Positions 48,081-61,319 of a stretch of DNA of 64,000 nucleotides are shown here, one piece after another. This DNA is from Lama glama (Eukaryota). The notes under the pieces are model-generated. The model was not told where the DNA came from, ran no database searches, and saw only the letters and a list, made by a program, of their open reading frames with translations. Each line of letters starts with the position of its first letter. Within the stretch, counting starts at the first letter, position 1. Both the position numbers and the translations under genes were made by a program. The stretch lies in the NCBI GenBank assembly GCA_028534125.1, contig CM052816.1, positions 77,502,001 through 77,566,000 on the forward strand, read 5' to 3'.

Positions 48081-50034
48081 ACACCACATATGAGGATAAC
48101 TTCCACACAGCCTGGATTCGAAAGCAAAGGGTCTTCATAGTTTGAAACACTAGACAAATTAAAAGGTCAAAAATCAAAAGCCTTATTATTAGACTGGAAG
48201 TTCACAGTCAACAGCAGTTCAAATCCCTCTGAGTGGAAATGAAAAACACGTGGAGTCAGAGGCTTCAAGGCAGATATAAAAGCTGCAACCTAAAAATAAA
48301 CAAAACACAGGAAAGGAGCTTTCCAACAGAGCGGTTTCTCACAAGGACAAATCTCTGTTGTGTGTCCCGTAGAGAGAGGAAGAGATGGAGAGCAGGAATT
48401 GATTTATTTTTAACAATTGTTAATGGTTCTCTGCAGAAATACCAACGATTTCACTAAGTATAATAATAGTAAATGTTCATCTGACTCGCTATAGAATTAT
48501 GTCCTTCCCTAACACTGGCACAGAATTCGTCTCTTCCAGAAAGTTCTTTTTTTTTTTTTCCAGCAAGTTCTTTTTGTTTTATCACTGCCCACTATCCCAG
48601 CCCTGGCCAACCTGCTTAAAAATGTATATACAAAATTCTCCTAATATCAACATGTACTTTTGCAAAGTGAACTTAAATTGCCTACACATGCACACGTGAG
48701 CACTATGTATCTGGAATTTTTATGTGATTTTGATACAGGAATAATTAGTAACTCGTCAACTGTGGGTACTTGGTTAGTGTAGAACAGTAAATGAGGGGAA
48801 CATGAGTGGTTTATAAATGGGATGGACTTCAGAATCTGAACGGTAAAAGCAAACCTTTAGGGTGCCTGCTCTTGCAAGAGACTCAGAACTGAGAAGCTGA
48901 TGTTTTCAACATTTTTCTTGTAGACTTTCGATTTAGGCCACATGAAACATGACAAAGCCATTCTCCAAACAAACTCTCAGCCACCGAAGAACAAAAGAGC
49001 ATTCAATGAAATCGAAAGGCAGCCCATTTAAAACGATAAAAGAAAATGCGTTCTATTTTATTGTTATTTTTTTTTTTTGGTCCACAACATCATTAACTTA
49101 AAAATTTGCTGTGCAGGAAATTATTAAGGCAAGGTATTAGATATAGTTTGTTTTTTTTTTTTCAAAAAAGATTTGACTGAGAATATAATCTGTTTCTACA
49201 CTTGTTGGGGCGGGGGGAAAGAGGAGAAAGGTCACCTATCTTTGTCCAGAATGAATTACTACTTGTGGCCAAAGTTCCTCCTTGGGCGCAGCATTTCAAA
49301 ACTACATGGCAATATGCACAAGGAGGGCTGGGGCTACCCTGTGAGAAAACCTCCCGGCGTACAACTAAGAACAGCTGCCCTGTGGATGAGCCCAGGGCCA
49401 TCTACTCTTGTCCTGGGCTCTGGTGTGTGAATCTGAAGGCTGATCTTCGGAAGGCTGAGAGTGTCTCTTTGGCAGCGAGGGAGAGCCAGGACGAATCTTC
49501 TTCTTCAGTCCGCACCCCTAAGAGCGCAGGTAAAAGTACTTAGAGTTACTTCCTTTCCCAGTTCTGAGCCACCCAGAGCTGAAGGTTTGTGTTGCCTCCT
49601 AAGCACTAGAAATCCTTGGCATATGGTTTGGGGTAAGAGGGTGTGTCACCTGAAGGTTCATTGCATCCTCCTGGTCATGTCGCCTGAACTAGGCAAACCA
49701 TCTTCATTCTGCTGCCATTTCAAATGCGAAAAATGACAAGAATGCATCTCCCAGACATGACACCTCAGGGGAATCTGCCACACGCTGCTGAGGACTCCCC
49801 CGCCCCCATCAGTCAGCTCCTTCACCTGTCCCTCTCAGGACTGGAAACAGTCGGTGGCCGCACAGATACCAGAAGCCAGGTGAGTGGAGAAGCTGATGGG
49901 CACGTTAAGCAGAAAACCCCCTCCTCCTGAAATCCAGACCAGTGTGAGCTTTGGAGGGGTCAGTCCACACAGACTGATCGTGACATAAAAGTGCAAATGG
50001 ACATGCGTGCCCACACATACAGTCCTATTTACCT

Positions 50035-50450
50035 GCCTTATTCACTGAGCATTCAAAGCAGCTGAATGAAATATGGCTCATGCCCTCAAGGAGCGTAGCG
50101 TCGAATCCAGAGAAAGACCTGTAAGTGCCTCCCTGCCATGCAAGACAGGACAGGGGACGTGCTGAAGAGCACCTCTGACTACCGCAGGGTTTACAGGGGA
50201 GAGGCGGTGTTTGGGAGAATCAAATATGGCTTCATGGAGAAGGCGATGTCTGAGCTGAGCAGAGCACATGGATAGAATTTAAGTAGGAGGCATGAAAAAA
50301 GGGAACTCCCAGTGGAAGAAATGGTAAGAACAAAGAGATAGAAAGAAGAGGACGAGATGGTCTGGAGAGCGGTCAGTGATCCGCTTTGACTGGAGCCCGG
50401 ATCTACCTGCAGGGTCAGTCGTGTAGTGAGAGGTCAGTGTGTACAATGGG
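50035..50450 (-). mobile_element. L2 fragment
   Basis: tgccctcaaggagcgtagcgtc...ggcttcatggagaaggcgatgtctgagctgag...tttgactggagc. Confidence 0.6.
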
Positions 50451-50519
50451 TTCGCAAACAAGAGTATTTGAGTTTAAATCTTATTCACTGTGTTCCTTGG
50501 GCAAGTAACTCCACCTCTC

Positions 50520-50902
50520 TGTAGCAGGAGCTGCCAATGCCTATATCCCCTCGGTAATCAACACTGTTCCAGAACACTGACAGCCTGCTTGCCTCTGCAG
50601 AAGGGTACACTGTGGCTGGCAGAATGGGCTTGGCTTGTGGGCAGGGCAGGGCGAAGGGGCTGGGGACTTATCTCAAGAGCAACGCTCAAGCAATGACCTA
50701 TAGGAGGTGGTGGAAAACTAGCCCAGTTCCTTGGCCCGCAGTGTAACGCTCTGTCCTGCAGTCTCTTAGAGACAAACCCACTCATTACACCATTACTGAC
50801 ATTCCTCTCTTGCTGTTATCACAACCTCACACCCCCACTGGGCTTCCTGGTAACCAAGTCCTTGCCATGTGGTCTGATTTTGGAGAAACTCAAACTAGGA
50901 CA
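50520..50902. mobile_element. LTR16-like ERVL LTR inserted into a MIR
   Basis: Runs TGtagcagg ... ggagaaactcaaactaggaCA (LTR16-type terminus). The flanks join into one MIR: ccttgggcaagtaactccacctctc | ttctttaatgctcagtttcttcatctgt. Confidence 0.7.
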
Positions 50903-51045
50903 TTCTTTAATGCTCAGTTTCTTCATCTGTCATATGGAGAAAATAATGCCTTCCTTGAATAATTGTTGTAAAAAATAGGTAAGATAATGGATTAAAGAAT
51001 GGAGCAGGGTACCTGACATAGTAAGTGCTTGAGAAATACTGGTTA
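50903..51045 (+). mobile_element. MIR SINE (3' half; 5' half at about 50455-50519)
   Basis: ctcagtttcttcatctgtcatatggagaaaataatgcc...gtacctgacatagtaagtgct. Confidence 0.8.
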
Positions 51046-51193
51046 TTCAATACACTTTAGAGATCCATGAATTCTTGGCCGTCTGATAAAGAGTAGGAAT
51101 TGCTGAAAGGTTTTAAGTAAAGGAATGCTTTGAGGAGACTCCAATGGCCTTCACTGGAGGACCTGGTCTTCAGCGGAAGATTCTGGACTTCAT

Positions 51194-51567
51194 TGTAGGA
51201 TGGAACAGTGCACACCCTAGTGCTCCCCAATAACCATTTCTCCACTTGTTGCAAGCACATGAGAGGACCCCACATTTCTGCCACGTGACTAGTTCTGGCC
51301 AGTGACTGTGAGCAGAAGTTAGTGTGTCATTGCTGGGACAGAATATTTAATTTTCAGTGAGGTCATCCAGCTCCCCCTTCTCCTTGGAAAACTGATGAAA
51401 TTCTAAAAAGTGGAGCTTGGATCACCGAGGGGAAGTGCTATGGGAATCAACCCCTAGAATCTATGATGACCATGTAACATAAATCACAGGTAAATCTTAT
51501 TTTAAGCCACTGAGATTTTCTGATTGTTTGTTACTGTAGCATAACCTAGCTCACCCTGACTCATGCA
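51194..51567. mobile_element. MaLR LTR (MLT1I-like)
   Basis: gccacgtgactagttctggccagtgactgtgagcagaagt...ttttaagccactgagatttt...ttgtttgttactgtagcataacctagctcaccctgact. Confidence 0.8.
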
Positions 51568-53369
51568 GTTGGGAAGGAGGCACAAAGACTGAAGGCAGGT
51601 TAGTTACGAGTCTACTGCAAGCCTTGAGTAAAAACAGTTTGAAATAAGATCTAGAAACTGGAATGTAGGGGGAGGGAAATAAAAGAGTAATTTCCAAGGA
51701 AGAAGAATCAGCAAGGAAGAGAGAAGAGAAAAGGACTTGAAGATGACTCCAGGGATTCAAGCTTAGGAAGCTGGAAGGAAGATGGTATCATAAAAGAAAA
51801 AAACAAGTCTAAGGAAGAGTGGATCTTGGAGAGGCTGGTTTGTATGAGACATGAATTTAAAGAGGTTCTACTTCACACCATCAAAAGAATCCTTCCTCTG
51901 TCCCATCCCCACAGAGGGCAGGAACCAGAGTTAATAGTGGGATGAGCCATAAAGGGGTTCCCTAGTATTTCCTGCATCACAATGTGTGCTGATCATGGAC
52001 CCAAATATAGGACATGATGATGGGATGGCTTGTACTCAGGGTTCTTGCCTTATAACTCAGTGCTCTTCCTATGACTCAGAACTGCCCCAATATTGAAGAA
52101 ATAACACATCTGGTCTACACAACCAAAGGAGGGGTTGCTCAACAATGTGGTTAATTTGCTATTGTCTAGACAATAGAGTTATGTAACTTGTAAGGAACAT
52201 AAAGCAAAAACTTGTCATCTTTTTCCTTCTTATAGTCTGAGAACGTTTTACCACAAGAAAATTTAGCATTTAGGTTGTCCTAAGCTTATGCAACCAAAAA
52301 ACACCACTTTTCTCTAAGAATTGATAAAAGCCCTATATTTTCTCAGCTTGTGGACGAAAGTCTCAGGAACTCAAAATTCCACTTGCAAACTTCAATGTGG
52401 ACTGCTTAATCAGACTCTTTGTTATCATAAAATTTTACAGAATTACTTAGTTTTTCTAGTTAACATACAATTGTGAAATGAGGGCTTTCTATTTGACCAG
52501 AAGATGAAAATAATTTGCATAATAAATCATATTAAAGTGAAGGTTTTTTCTTTCCTAGCCATGTTTTTTTCATTTTCCAGTTTTCAGAATGACCATCTTC
52601 CTTTCAAAACCCCAGAAGTTTTAGCTATTTTACTAATTATATTAAAAGTGCTTGAAGATGTCAAGAAAATTGAGTAATATAATAAAACAGCCCTACCATT
52701 TATTTAAGCTGTTTTACCTTTAACAGTTTCTTTTTAAATCTTCAGACCATCTAACCTGTGCACTGAATTTCCATTTATATAAAAATACATTAATAAAGGT
52801 CTATATTAAGAAATTATACTGGAAGAGCAGTTCATTATGTACCTTTCAGCTTTATAATTAGTTCTGTAATCTGTAATCAGATGATTTAAGTCTAATATAG
52901 TTAAATTACAAGCTAAGTAATTTCTATTTCCAACCGGAATCATTATATCTCTGGAATTTTGCAAAGCGCTAATGAGTTTTAGAGAAATGATTATATTTCT
53001 TCTTCACTTTATTCCCAGCAGTTAGCACAATACCTGGCATATGGTCCTTGCTAAAGAAACTACTGCTGAATAAATGAATGAATATATAATCATAAATAAA
53101 TGACTAGCAAAAGCACGTTCATTTGTCACTGCTCCCTACTCCCCTGCGATACTCACCTCTGCATCTCAGCTCAGAGCACTGACCCCATTTTTTTCTGATC
53201 GGATGGGTGTCCATTCTGACTGGATGGTTCCTTTGTCTTATAGTTTATGAAATCGAAATGTGCCAGCCTCCAGAGAATGTGTGATAAAATGCAAAGACGA
53301 CTGATCTAAGAGTCAAAAGATGTAGGGTCAGGTTCTGCCACTGCTGTGATTCTTTCTGTGTCAAAAGAT

Positions 53370-53580
53370 GTGTTCGTCATTGAACCTACTATAAACTAGA
53401 CCTGTGCTTGGCACATCATAGACATTATAAGATTTAACTCATGGAACTCCAAATGGTAAAAGATTTATCCCTATTTTACATGTTAAAAAAAACCCCTGAG
53501 GTTCAGAAAAATTAAGGAACTTGATCAAAGTCTCAAATCTAAGAGGCAGCACTGTAAAACAGCTCTGACTCCAAAATCTA
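53370..53580 (-). mobile_element. MIR SINE
   Basis: tatccctattttacatg...ctgaggttcagaaaaattaaggaacttgatcaaagtc...tctgactccaaa. Confidence 0.75.
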
Positions 53581-54364
53581 TCACCAGGAGCAATACTAGT
53601 GATAGAGATAAATTTGCCAACTCTGAAGCCCCATCTACGTATGTACTACCATCGTCACAATATCAGTCTCCCATATTTCTGTCTTCGCCTTCATAGATAC
53701 TTCTTGTCTGAAGGCAACAAAAAACGCTTAATTAATACATTGGTGGAGTCCTCACTTTGCCAGATCTCTGAGTTTGGCTCTAGCCAGACCTCCTGTGTTT
53801 AACCCTTTCTCGGTCTGTTTAGATCAGACATGACTGACTGAGCATGTTCATACACTTGTCATGTTTCATAGGTGCCAAGTCACTATTCTGGAGTTACATC
53901 TCCCACGATTTTATAATTTGTATAAAGTGTAGCATGTTGACACTGGTGGCATAGCGCCCTGCGCTCGGATATTCAGTCCAGCCATACGGCTTTCTAATGG
54001 CAATTTTATATCCATAAAAATCTAAATATGCTGGAGTTTCAGGGTCCATGGCTGAGAATTAAAGAAGCTTGGTAAACTTCTACTTTGGGCTTCTCACACC
54101 CTGGCAGGATGTCCTCTGGACTGGAAGTCTACCATGGCCATCAAGTGTGTCTTCCTTAAGGAACTAGAGATTTGGGAAGCTGTCCTTGCCCTACACCTCC
54201 CAGGCTGACACTTCATAATACACTTTGCTGAGAACCCATCATTTGTGCTTACTGGAGTGAACTGTAAGATGTAAAAGATTTGAGTGTCAGAGTACTCTTT
54301 TGGATCAAGTTTCCAACCCATCATCTGCAGGACAACTTCAGCCCTGGAGAGGCAAGGAAAAATG

Positions 54365-54560
54365 GCTAAGAAGAAAGCTCAGATTGCCTTGCTCAAAGCC
54401 CAGCTGTGCCCTTCAACTTCTTTCTGCCTCAGTCTTTTCATCTGAAAAATGATCATGGGATAAGACTTGCATCAAAGGGATGTTAAAAGGAATAAAAGTA
54501 CATAATTTATAAGTACCTGAAATAATACTTGGCATGCAGTAAAGCTATATGAATGTTCAA
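54365..54560 (+). mobile_element. MIR SINE
   Basis: tttctgcctcagtcttttcatctgaaaaatg...ttggcatgcagtaaagc. Confidence 0.75.
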
Positions 54561-54859
54561 AAAATTTTTTAAATTCTGAAATAGCTTACTACTCATTGTA
54601 TTTTTTACATACATGTGTCATTACAGAAGACACAGGTTCATGGACAACTGAGAGGGTATTCAACTCACTGAAAAGAATTTCACTGATTTGAACTCCATCA
54701 AGGCAAAGTTAGTTGGCAGTTTCATCAGGGTTTAGCAGAAGCTTGTGTACAGCCTACTGTGAAGAAATTACCTGTGCAAAATATGAGTTTGAACAAGAAG
54801 GCAGGAAATCTGTTTTGACCAAACAAAATGAAACAACTTTTTAAAGCACTGTGAGCAAA

Positions 54860-55484
54860 AGAAAGTCTACCTAGGTTACTTCCTGTATTAACCAACAGCC
54901 TTCTGTCTGTAAAGTGCACTGATGCTGACGGCAGCCAACGCCCCTGGAAGGCTGGGGCTGGGAAGGCTCCACTCTCTGTAGGGTCCTCGTGCATCCACTT
55001 CTCCTACAGCTGAGCGGTGTGCTTACCGAGAGTCACTTGCATTGTTCCCAGTTGTTACTTTAATTACATGACCTTTCACTCTGCAAATGGATGAAATACA
55101 AATACAATAAGAAAAAGCTGTTTCTATAAAAACGAGGTTGACTGCTTTGGGATAACACAATAAAGGTGTTTTCTAAGCAACAATTGCAGCAACTCTAAAA
55201 GACTGAAAATTCCGGGCATTTTCTGCACCCAGATAATGCCCTACTGTTGCAAGTCGTGCTTGAAGAATGACCAAGAGCTCCAATCAGTGGGTCCGTGTTA
55301 AAAAATAAAAAAGAGAAGAAGCAGCAACAACATTATCCCTATGTCCAAATGTTGTCAAATAAATCACCCATTGCTCTCTCTCAACTGAAAATAAATTGTA
55401 TCTATATTTAAATTGTCCCCTTAACCGACTCTTTTTATCAACTGACCAATCCAAATTGGAGTGGACAGGAGAGTTTCTACTGTA
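54860..55484 (+). mobile_element. TcMar-Tigger DNA transposon remnant (Tigger13a-like)
   Basis: Ends ccttaaccgactctttttatcaactgaccaa...agtttctactgta (Tigger terminus plus TA). The internal agaaaaagctgtttctataaaaacgagg resembles the pogo/Tigger N-terminal HTH-coding region. Confidence 0.55.
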
Positions 55485-55945
55485 ATAATGTAAGAATAGT
55501 TACTCTTGATAACAACTGAGTCTTATTTTTCCTTTAAAACAGAGCTATTGTCATTATTTTGAAATATGAGCAGAATGGAGGTTCTAGGATATGGGTCGGG
55601 CCCCTAATGTTTCTATGTGTGTGTATTTTGGACATAGTCATATACGGTCCATTATCTACATCAAATGGAGAGCTTATTGAGTGATAACTTGATTATCTCA
55701 GGGTTATTTACAATAGAGCAAGACCCTCATATCTATCTAAGGCTAACTCCCTTGGACTTGCTCTAATATCCCCATCTTTGTTGGCATTCAAGAATTGAAT
55801 CAAGCTATCTGCCAGGAAAGGAGAAACGTTCAGCTGGAAAAGAGGACGTCAAGGATGGTAATAATGAATACAGTCACCACAGAGGGAGCAAACAAAAGAA
55901 AGTAACAGACCTGAGGATGTGTATTATCTGAAGGCTTAGTCCGAT

Positions 55946-56150
55946 TAGGGTTCCAGCAAAATGTGGCCCTCAGCCTGTTTTGTAAATAAAGTTTTATTGA
56001 AACAGTCTTACTGAAATACATGTAAATTTCTTTACATATTGTCTATGGCTATTTTTGCTCTACAGTGGCAGACCTGAGTAGTTGCAATGCAAACCCAATA
56101 AATAAAATATTTACTATCTGGCCCTTTACAGAAAAAAATTATTAACCTTG
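55946..56150. mobile_element. MER58A (hAT-Charlie)
   Basis: gcctgttttgtaaataaagttttattgaaacag...tttacatattgtctatggct...aaaatatttactatctggccctttacagaaaaa. Confidence 0.9.
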
Positions 56151-56684
56151 GCTCTAATGGATCAATTCCATACAAGGCGGTACTCTCCAAGGTACGACTG
56201 TAATTGTGTTTTTTAAAAATGCTTTGGAATTTTGCCATAGTGGATTAAGTCTTCAAGGTTATCCCCAACAAGGAGAAGCAAGCCAAGTGATTAACTAAGC
56301 CACTGACTCTGTCTTATGACACAAATTTCCCCTCAATTTCCCCTTGAAGGATTCACTTAAAAGCATGCTGTGGAGATCATTTCAGATGGGAATTTTCATT
56401 CTGTACAAATGTACTGTTTTCTCTCTCCTGATACCCCTGTCTGTCTACCTGCAAGTATCTGTGGTTTAGAAGGTGATGCTTCTCACAGACTTTGTATTTT
56501 GGAGCAAACCACGAGAGCTGACAAGTTTGCCTGGGTTACCTTTTCACAGATTGTTTCTCCAAGCATGGTACTGTCCTCGGAGCCTGGGGGGAGGGTTCAT
56601 TACCTCTAAGCATACAAGAAAGACCAAATTCGAAAGGAAAAAGACAGTCAATGAAAACAGAACGGTCACAGAGGTGGTGGGTCT

Positions 56685-56850
56685 GGCAGACACAGCTCTA
56701 GGTCAGGAATCAGAAGACGTGGGTCCTAGTGCTGATTCTGCTACTAACTAAATGCATGACCTTAGGCATGTGACTTATCTTCACTGGACCACACAGGTTT
56801 AGACAGTTACCCTAAGGTCCCTTCTAGTGCTAAAGTTCTAGGATTCTATA
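56685..56850 (+). mobile_element. MIR3 SINE
   Basis: caggaatcagaagacgtgggtcctagtgctgattctgctactaac...gaccttaggc...aaggtcccttctagtgctaaagttctaggattct. Confidence 0.8.
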
Positions 56851-57755
56851 ATGCCTTAGGAGGCTGTGCTGTTACTATGTATGCCTCACATATAGCAAGC
56901 ACTATATACATGTCAGCCATCATTACTACTTTGTGAAGGCACAATGCATGCCTTTAAATGTAAACATGGGTACTTTCCTATTGTAACAATCAACAACCTA
57001 AACTTAATTTCTAAACTACAGCATAACCATACGCGATGAAGACTCGAATTTCTTTTCCATTAGCACAAATGAATAAAGCTTTTTATGCAGGCAAGGGGAT
57101 GGTGGTGGTAGTTCTTGGATCTAAAATCCAAGTGGTCATCCTTCCTGAATATCTCCAACTAGAGATCTGGTGCAGTTAAGTCTTTATTTTATACTGTAAT
57201 ATAAATCTTTCCCCTCTGAAAATCTTGACATGGGTTGGGACTCAGAACTAGGATTCAGCTTCAGAGCATCCAAACATCTTTTGCCTTCTTTTCATAACAT
57301 ATAACCCCCTTGGAGAGTGGAGTGGGGTTGTCCAACAAAATGGTAAATGACATTCAGTCTTGAGTTTCCAAATAAAATTAGTCGATTACGGGTGTAAAAG
57401 AACTGAAAACTCTCAAGCCTTGCCACCTCAGAGCTGACAAACTCACTTTCAGTTACCTATCTCGGTAAATTTTGCCTGAGAGTTTTCTCAGAAGACACAG
57501 AAAACTGCTCTGTCCATAAGTCTGGCAGGCATAAGTGTTGGAGAATTAACATTCACCCTTCAGCAGAACCTTCCCCGGGGATGGATGGAATTGATGTGAA
57601 TACCCCGGCTCTCTCACCTTCAGGCAGGATAACTGAGCCACATGGTCTATACCATTTTCCCATGAGTGTAAGCTGACGTCGCCCACAGTGTAACTCGCCT
57701 GATGAGGAATCCTTCACCCAACTGCCTTCTCCTTATCTCACTTCCCCACGCTCCT

Positions 57756-57805
57756 GTTTTTTTTTTTGTTGTTGTTGTTGTTGTTGTTCTGTTTTGTTTT
57801 GTTTT
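57756..57805. repeat. Poly-T/(TTG)n/(TTTTG)n microsatellite
   Basis: tttttttttttgttgttgttgttgttgttgttctgttttgttttgtttt. Confidence 0.9.
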
Positions 57806-58493
57806 ACATTCAAATAAACTATTTTGATTCAAGTCTTTATCCTATGGTCTGTTGCTGGGGAATCCAAATGAAGACAATGGGTGTAACATAATTAATTCTC
57901 TAAAGTTTGAATAATGAGCATTTTCAACTCTACTAATCAGTGGAATATCAGGTACAAGAGATTTATAGCCAAGAAGTCAGAACAGAATTGAAAAAATATG
58001 AGCATAAAAATCAGCAACAAACCTAAGAGACATAGAAGGAAAGCCCACGTTTCTGTGGTCGTTCCCTTTAGGTCAAATTCACTTAGAGTGATAAGAGGTT
58101 AGTCTGGGTTCATGGTGATGTTCTCAAGAGATGGAGAATTATTTCATATGTGTTCCAGAAACCTCTGAGTTCCTAGAATTTCTACTGAGAGCCCTGGACA
58201 TCACTGCGATCATTTCTCAACACCACACAGCAATGGATAGGTCAGTCTCAATGTGCTCTTATCCAAGCAACCAGCAGATTTGGGCCCAGAGGACAAGCTC
58301 ATTCTCAAAAGATCAAGGTTTCTATTGCTCTTGGAGTTACTCCATGAATTTACAGCAGGCATCCTTAAGCTAACTCAGACCTGATCCTCAGAGAGTTCTG
58401 AATACAAGCTAAACACAAATCAAAACCTTATGGTTACATCTAAGGAGGAAAACAGTAGAAATAGGGCACATAGCACAAAGCAGTGGTACCAAA

Positions 58494-58985
58494 AGTATCA
58501 GTCAGGGTCCCAGCAGGAAGAAGAATTTACTTAATTTACAAAGATTTCAATAGAAGACTACTTACAGAGGCATGAACAGCTCTGAGGAACAGCTAGGGGT
58601 ACTGATGCACCCAGAGGCCAGCAGCCAGGAGATGCTGCCGGTACCCCCAAGTCAGAAAGCACAAGTGAAAACAATGCTGCTCCCAGAGCAAGCCAGCCAG
58701 AGACGGAAGCGTCGGAGGGTCAGGAGATGTGGTTTTCGGGAAATGCAGCTGCTGCCGGCAAAGCGGCACCAAAGCAGGAAGGAATCGGGGGAGAAGCACA
58801 CCAGAGTCTCCCTTGCCCTTCTCTGATCTCCTTCTGATGCCTCCCATGAGCTGGACCCCAAAAAAGCCAAAGGGCAAAGCAGTCTGGGTGATGCAGTAAG
58901 GCCAGCCCCAGGCAGCAAGGAGCAGGGCAGAGCAGAGCAGAGTGAGGAGTGGAGGAGGAGCACAAAAGTAGAAAACCTGCAGCCA
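58494..58985. mobile_element. Old ERVL-type LTR (LTR41/LTR40/LTR33-like)
   Basis: gtatcagtcagggtcccagcaggaa...ctctgatctccttctgatgcctcccatgagctggacccc...aagccaaagggcaaagcagtctgggtgatgcagt. Confidence 0.6.
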
Positions 58986-59089
58986 TTATTTAGGCACAGA
59001 GCAGAATATGTTGGAACCTCACTCTTTATGGTAAAAACTTTGTGGTCATTTCATTTGTTTCCTTAAAACTCAGGTTCATCTCTACTCTC

Positions 59090-59335
59090 ACTTTGCTATG
59101 AAAATAATTACCCATTACAGAAAAGTGAGAGTCTTAGAGTGAACACGTGGATAATCACCCCATGCTTTCTGCCAGAAACATTACACTGTACTTGCTTTAT
59201 CACACATGTGTCAACAATCTTTCCCTGTCTCCATCAATGAAGCTGATTTTTGATGTATCTCAAAGTAAATTTCAGACATCAGTACACTTCTCCTTAAATA
59301 CTTCAGCATTATGCCATTGACTTTGTTCATTTTTA
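59090..59335 (-). mobile_element. L1MC-like 3' fragment
   Basis: tttttgatgtatctcaaagtaaatttcagacatcagtacacttctccttaaatacttcagcat. Confidence 0.65.
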
Positions 59336-60279
59336 ATTGCTACTACAACACTGCGTATTTTCCAGTTCTACTTTATATATATAGTATTTATGTATATATG
59401 TATATATCAAGAAATCAGTTGATGAAATGGGTCAGTCAATCGGCTGCTTTCAACTGGGCCACCCAGGGGCATGCATTTTATCAGGCATGATAGTCCTTAC
59501 AAAACAAAGACCAGAAAAACCTGTGCAAACACTCTACTTTTGGCTGCTTTACTTTCCAGGGATCACAGAATTGATCTTCGCAAGCAAGCCAGGGTCAGCA
59601 CAATAAAACTGAAGAAGACTGCTGAAGAACTTGAGTAGGTTTTCCTCCTGACCTCACAGACAGATCTCCTTACGAGAGACGGACAGGCTTTATCCCTTCT
59701 GCAACCTGACCTTTTCAATCACACCACCAATGCCATTCCCACACAAGTCTCGTTTTCCTTTGGTTTCAAAGACAGATGGAGGATGGAGGGGAACTGAACA
59801 CTGGACTGTTTTAACTCCTCCTCCCTCACTATCTTTTGATGTATGAGTAAACAGTATTATTGCCTTTGCCTCCTAACCTCCCAAAACATGATAAAAAGCA
59901 GGTCTGAGACAGCCCCACATGTTACTTCAAACTCCATCTCTTCTCTGGGTATCAAAAATGACATATTTCATTGTATGGACTCAATCAGACCCTCCTTAAA
60001 AACCCACAATTCGGATAGCTTCTGGCAGCACAGAGATGGGATTTAAATTACATACTGCTGCAGACTGACTCCTGGGCTGTTTCCTTCTCTAAATCATACT
60101 GCAGTGTGGGTTTTCAAATGTCTACCCAGGTTGAGGAAAAATGTTGGCACATAGAAGTGACACCTTTCTGCATTGTGATGGAGAAAGGAAATGAATTTGG
60201 GAGCTGGGAACACGATCAAATTAATCATGCAACGTTAAAATGTATTTGCCCAAAATGAGGCCATCGTTTTCCACTGCAC

Positions 60280-60845
60280 AGCTATCTGGGAAAGGCCACC
60301 CGCATGCAAGATGCTCCACCAGGCGATGGAGGGGACACAGAAGTGGGGACAACAGTGCTTCTTTGACAAAATTACACATCTAATAGAAGGCATGTGTCAG
60401 GTATTCCAAAAACATAATACAAGGAAGAATGGGAGAAAGGAGAGAGGATTTCTGGCTAGAAGGGTCCATGAAGACCACAGAGAACAGGGACAATGTGCTT
60501 GGAAATGTCACTGCATTCCCTTGGGCAGAGATGAGGGAAGGACATTCCATGGGGGCAGATCAACATGTGGACAGGTTCAGCCCTAGGAAGCAACGAGGAG
60601 GTCTACCGAATAGCAAATAACCGAGCTTGGTTGGAATACAGATTGTATATTCAGTGAGAAGACAGGAAAAGTAAGTGGGGGCTATCCTGTGATAGACCTT
60701 GGATGCTCAGATTTAGAGTTTGGAAGGCAGTAGGGAGTCAGAAAAAATTATTAAATACAAGAGTGACAGGATTAGAACTGTATTTTAGAAAGATTATTCT
60801 GGCAGAGAATACGGCTGACTCAAATAGGGAGAGAGGAGACACCAT
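60280..60845 (-). mobile_element. L2 fragment
   Basis: ggcagagatgagggaaggacattcca...aaggcagtagggagtca...gagtgacaggattagaactgtattttagaaagattattctggcag. Confidence 0.7.
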
Positions 60846-61319
60846 AGAAATAGCAACTTTTATATTTATTCTCTGAATACCACAGTGAAGAAGGTAGTTA
60901 AGGAAACTTTTTTTATATTCTAACTGCAAATAACCTCTTTTGGGGGTAAGGAACCAGACAGCCGCTACATGAAATCTAACGCTACTGCAGTAGCTGTATA
61001 TAATCTTGATGCATGATCTTGATTCTTTCTTCTTGGTTTTATACAGAATCCAAAATGAATGTTAGCTATTTTTATTAAGCTCTAAGCTGATTCTAGATCT
61101 TTCATCAATAACATAAACTTTATGACTGATCTAGACACCAAAAGTCATGATTTGATGACATAAACACCAAAAATCTAGAATATGAAATTCCTTTCAATTC
61201 CATTTTTCCTAGGAGCCTGAGCTCAATTATACATTTGTGTCAATGTTGTCAATATTTGGGGTTATAGCAAATATGGAAAAAGTACCATCTCTACCACTAT
61301 ATAAACTCTATAAAACACA

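Noticed and set aside
58572..58986. Overlapping ORFs with an Arg-rich NLS-like stretch (RRKRRRVRR)
   Set aside because: They lie entirely within an old ERVL-type LTR, and the purine-rich composition explains the peptide.
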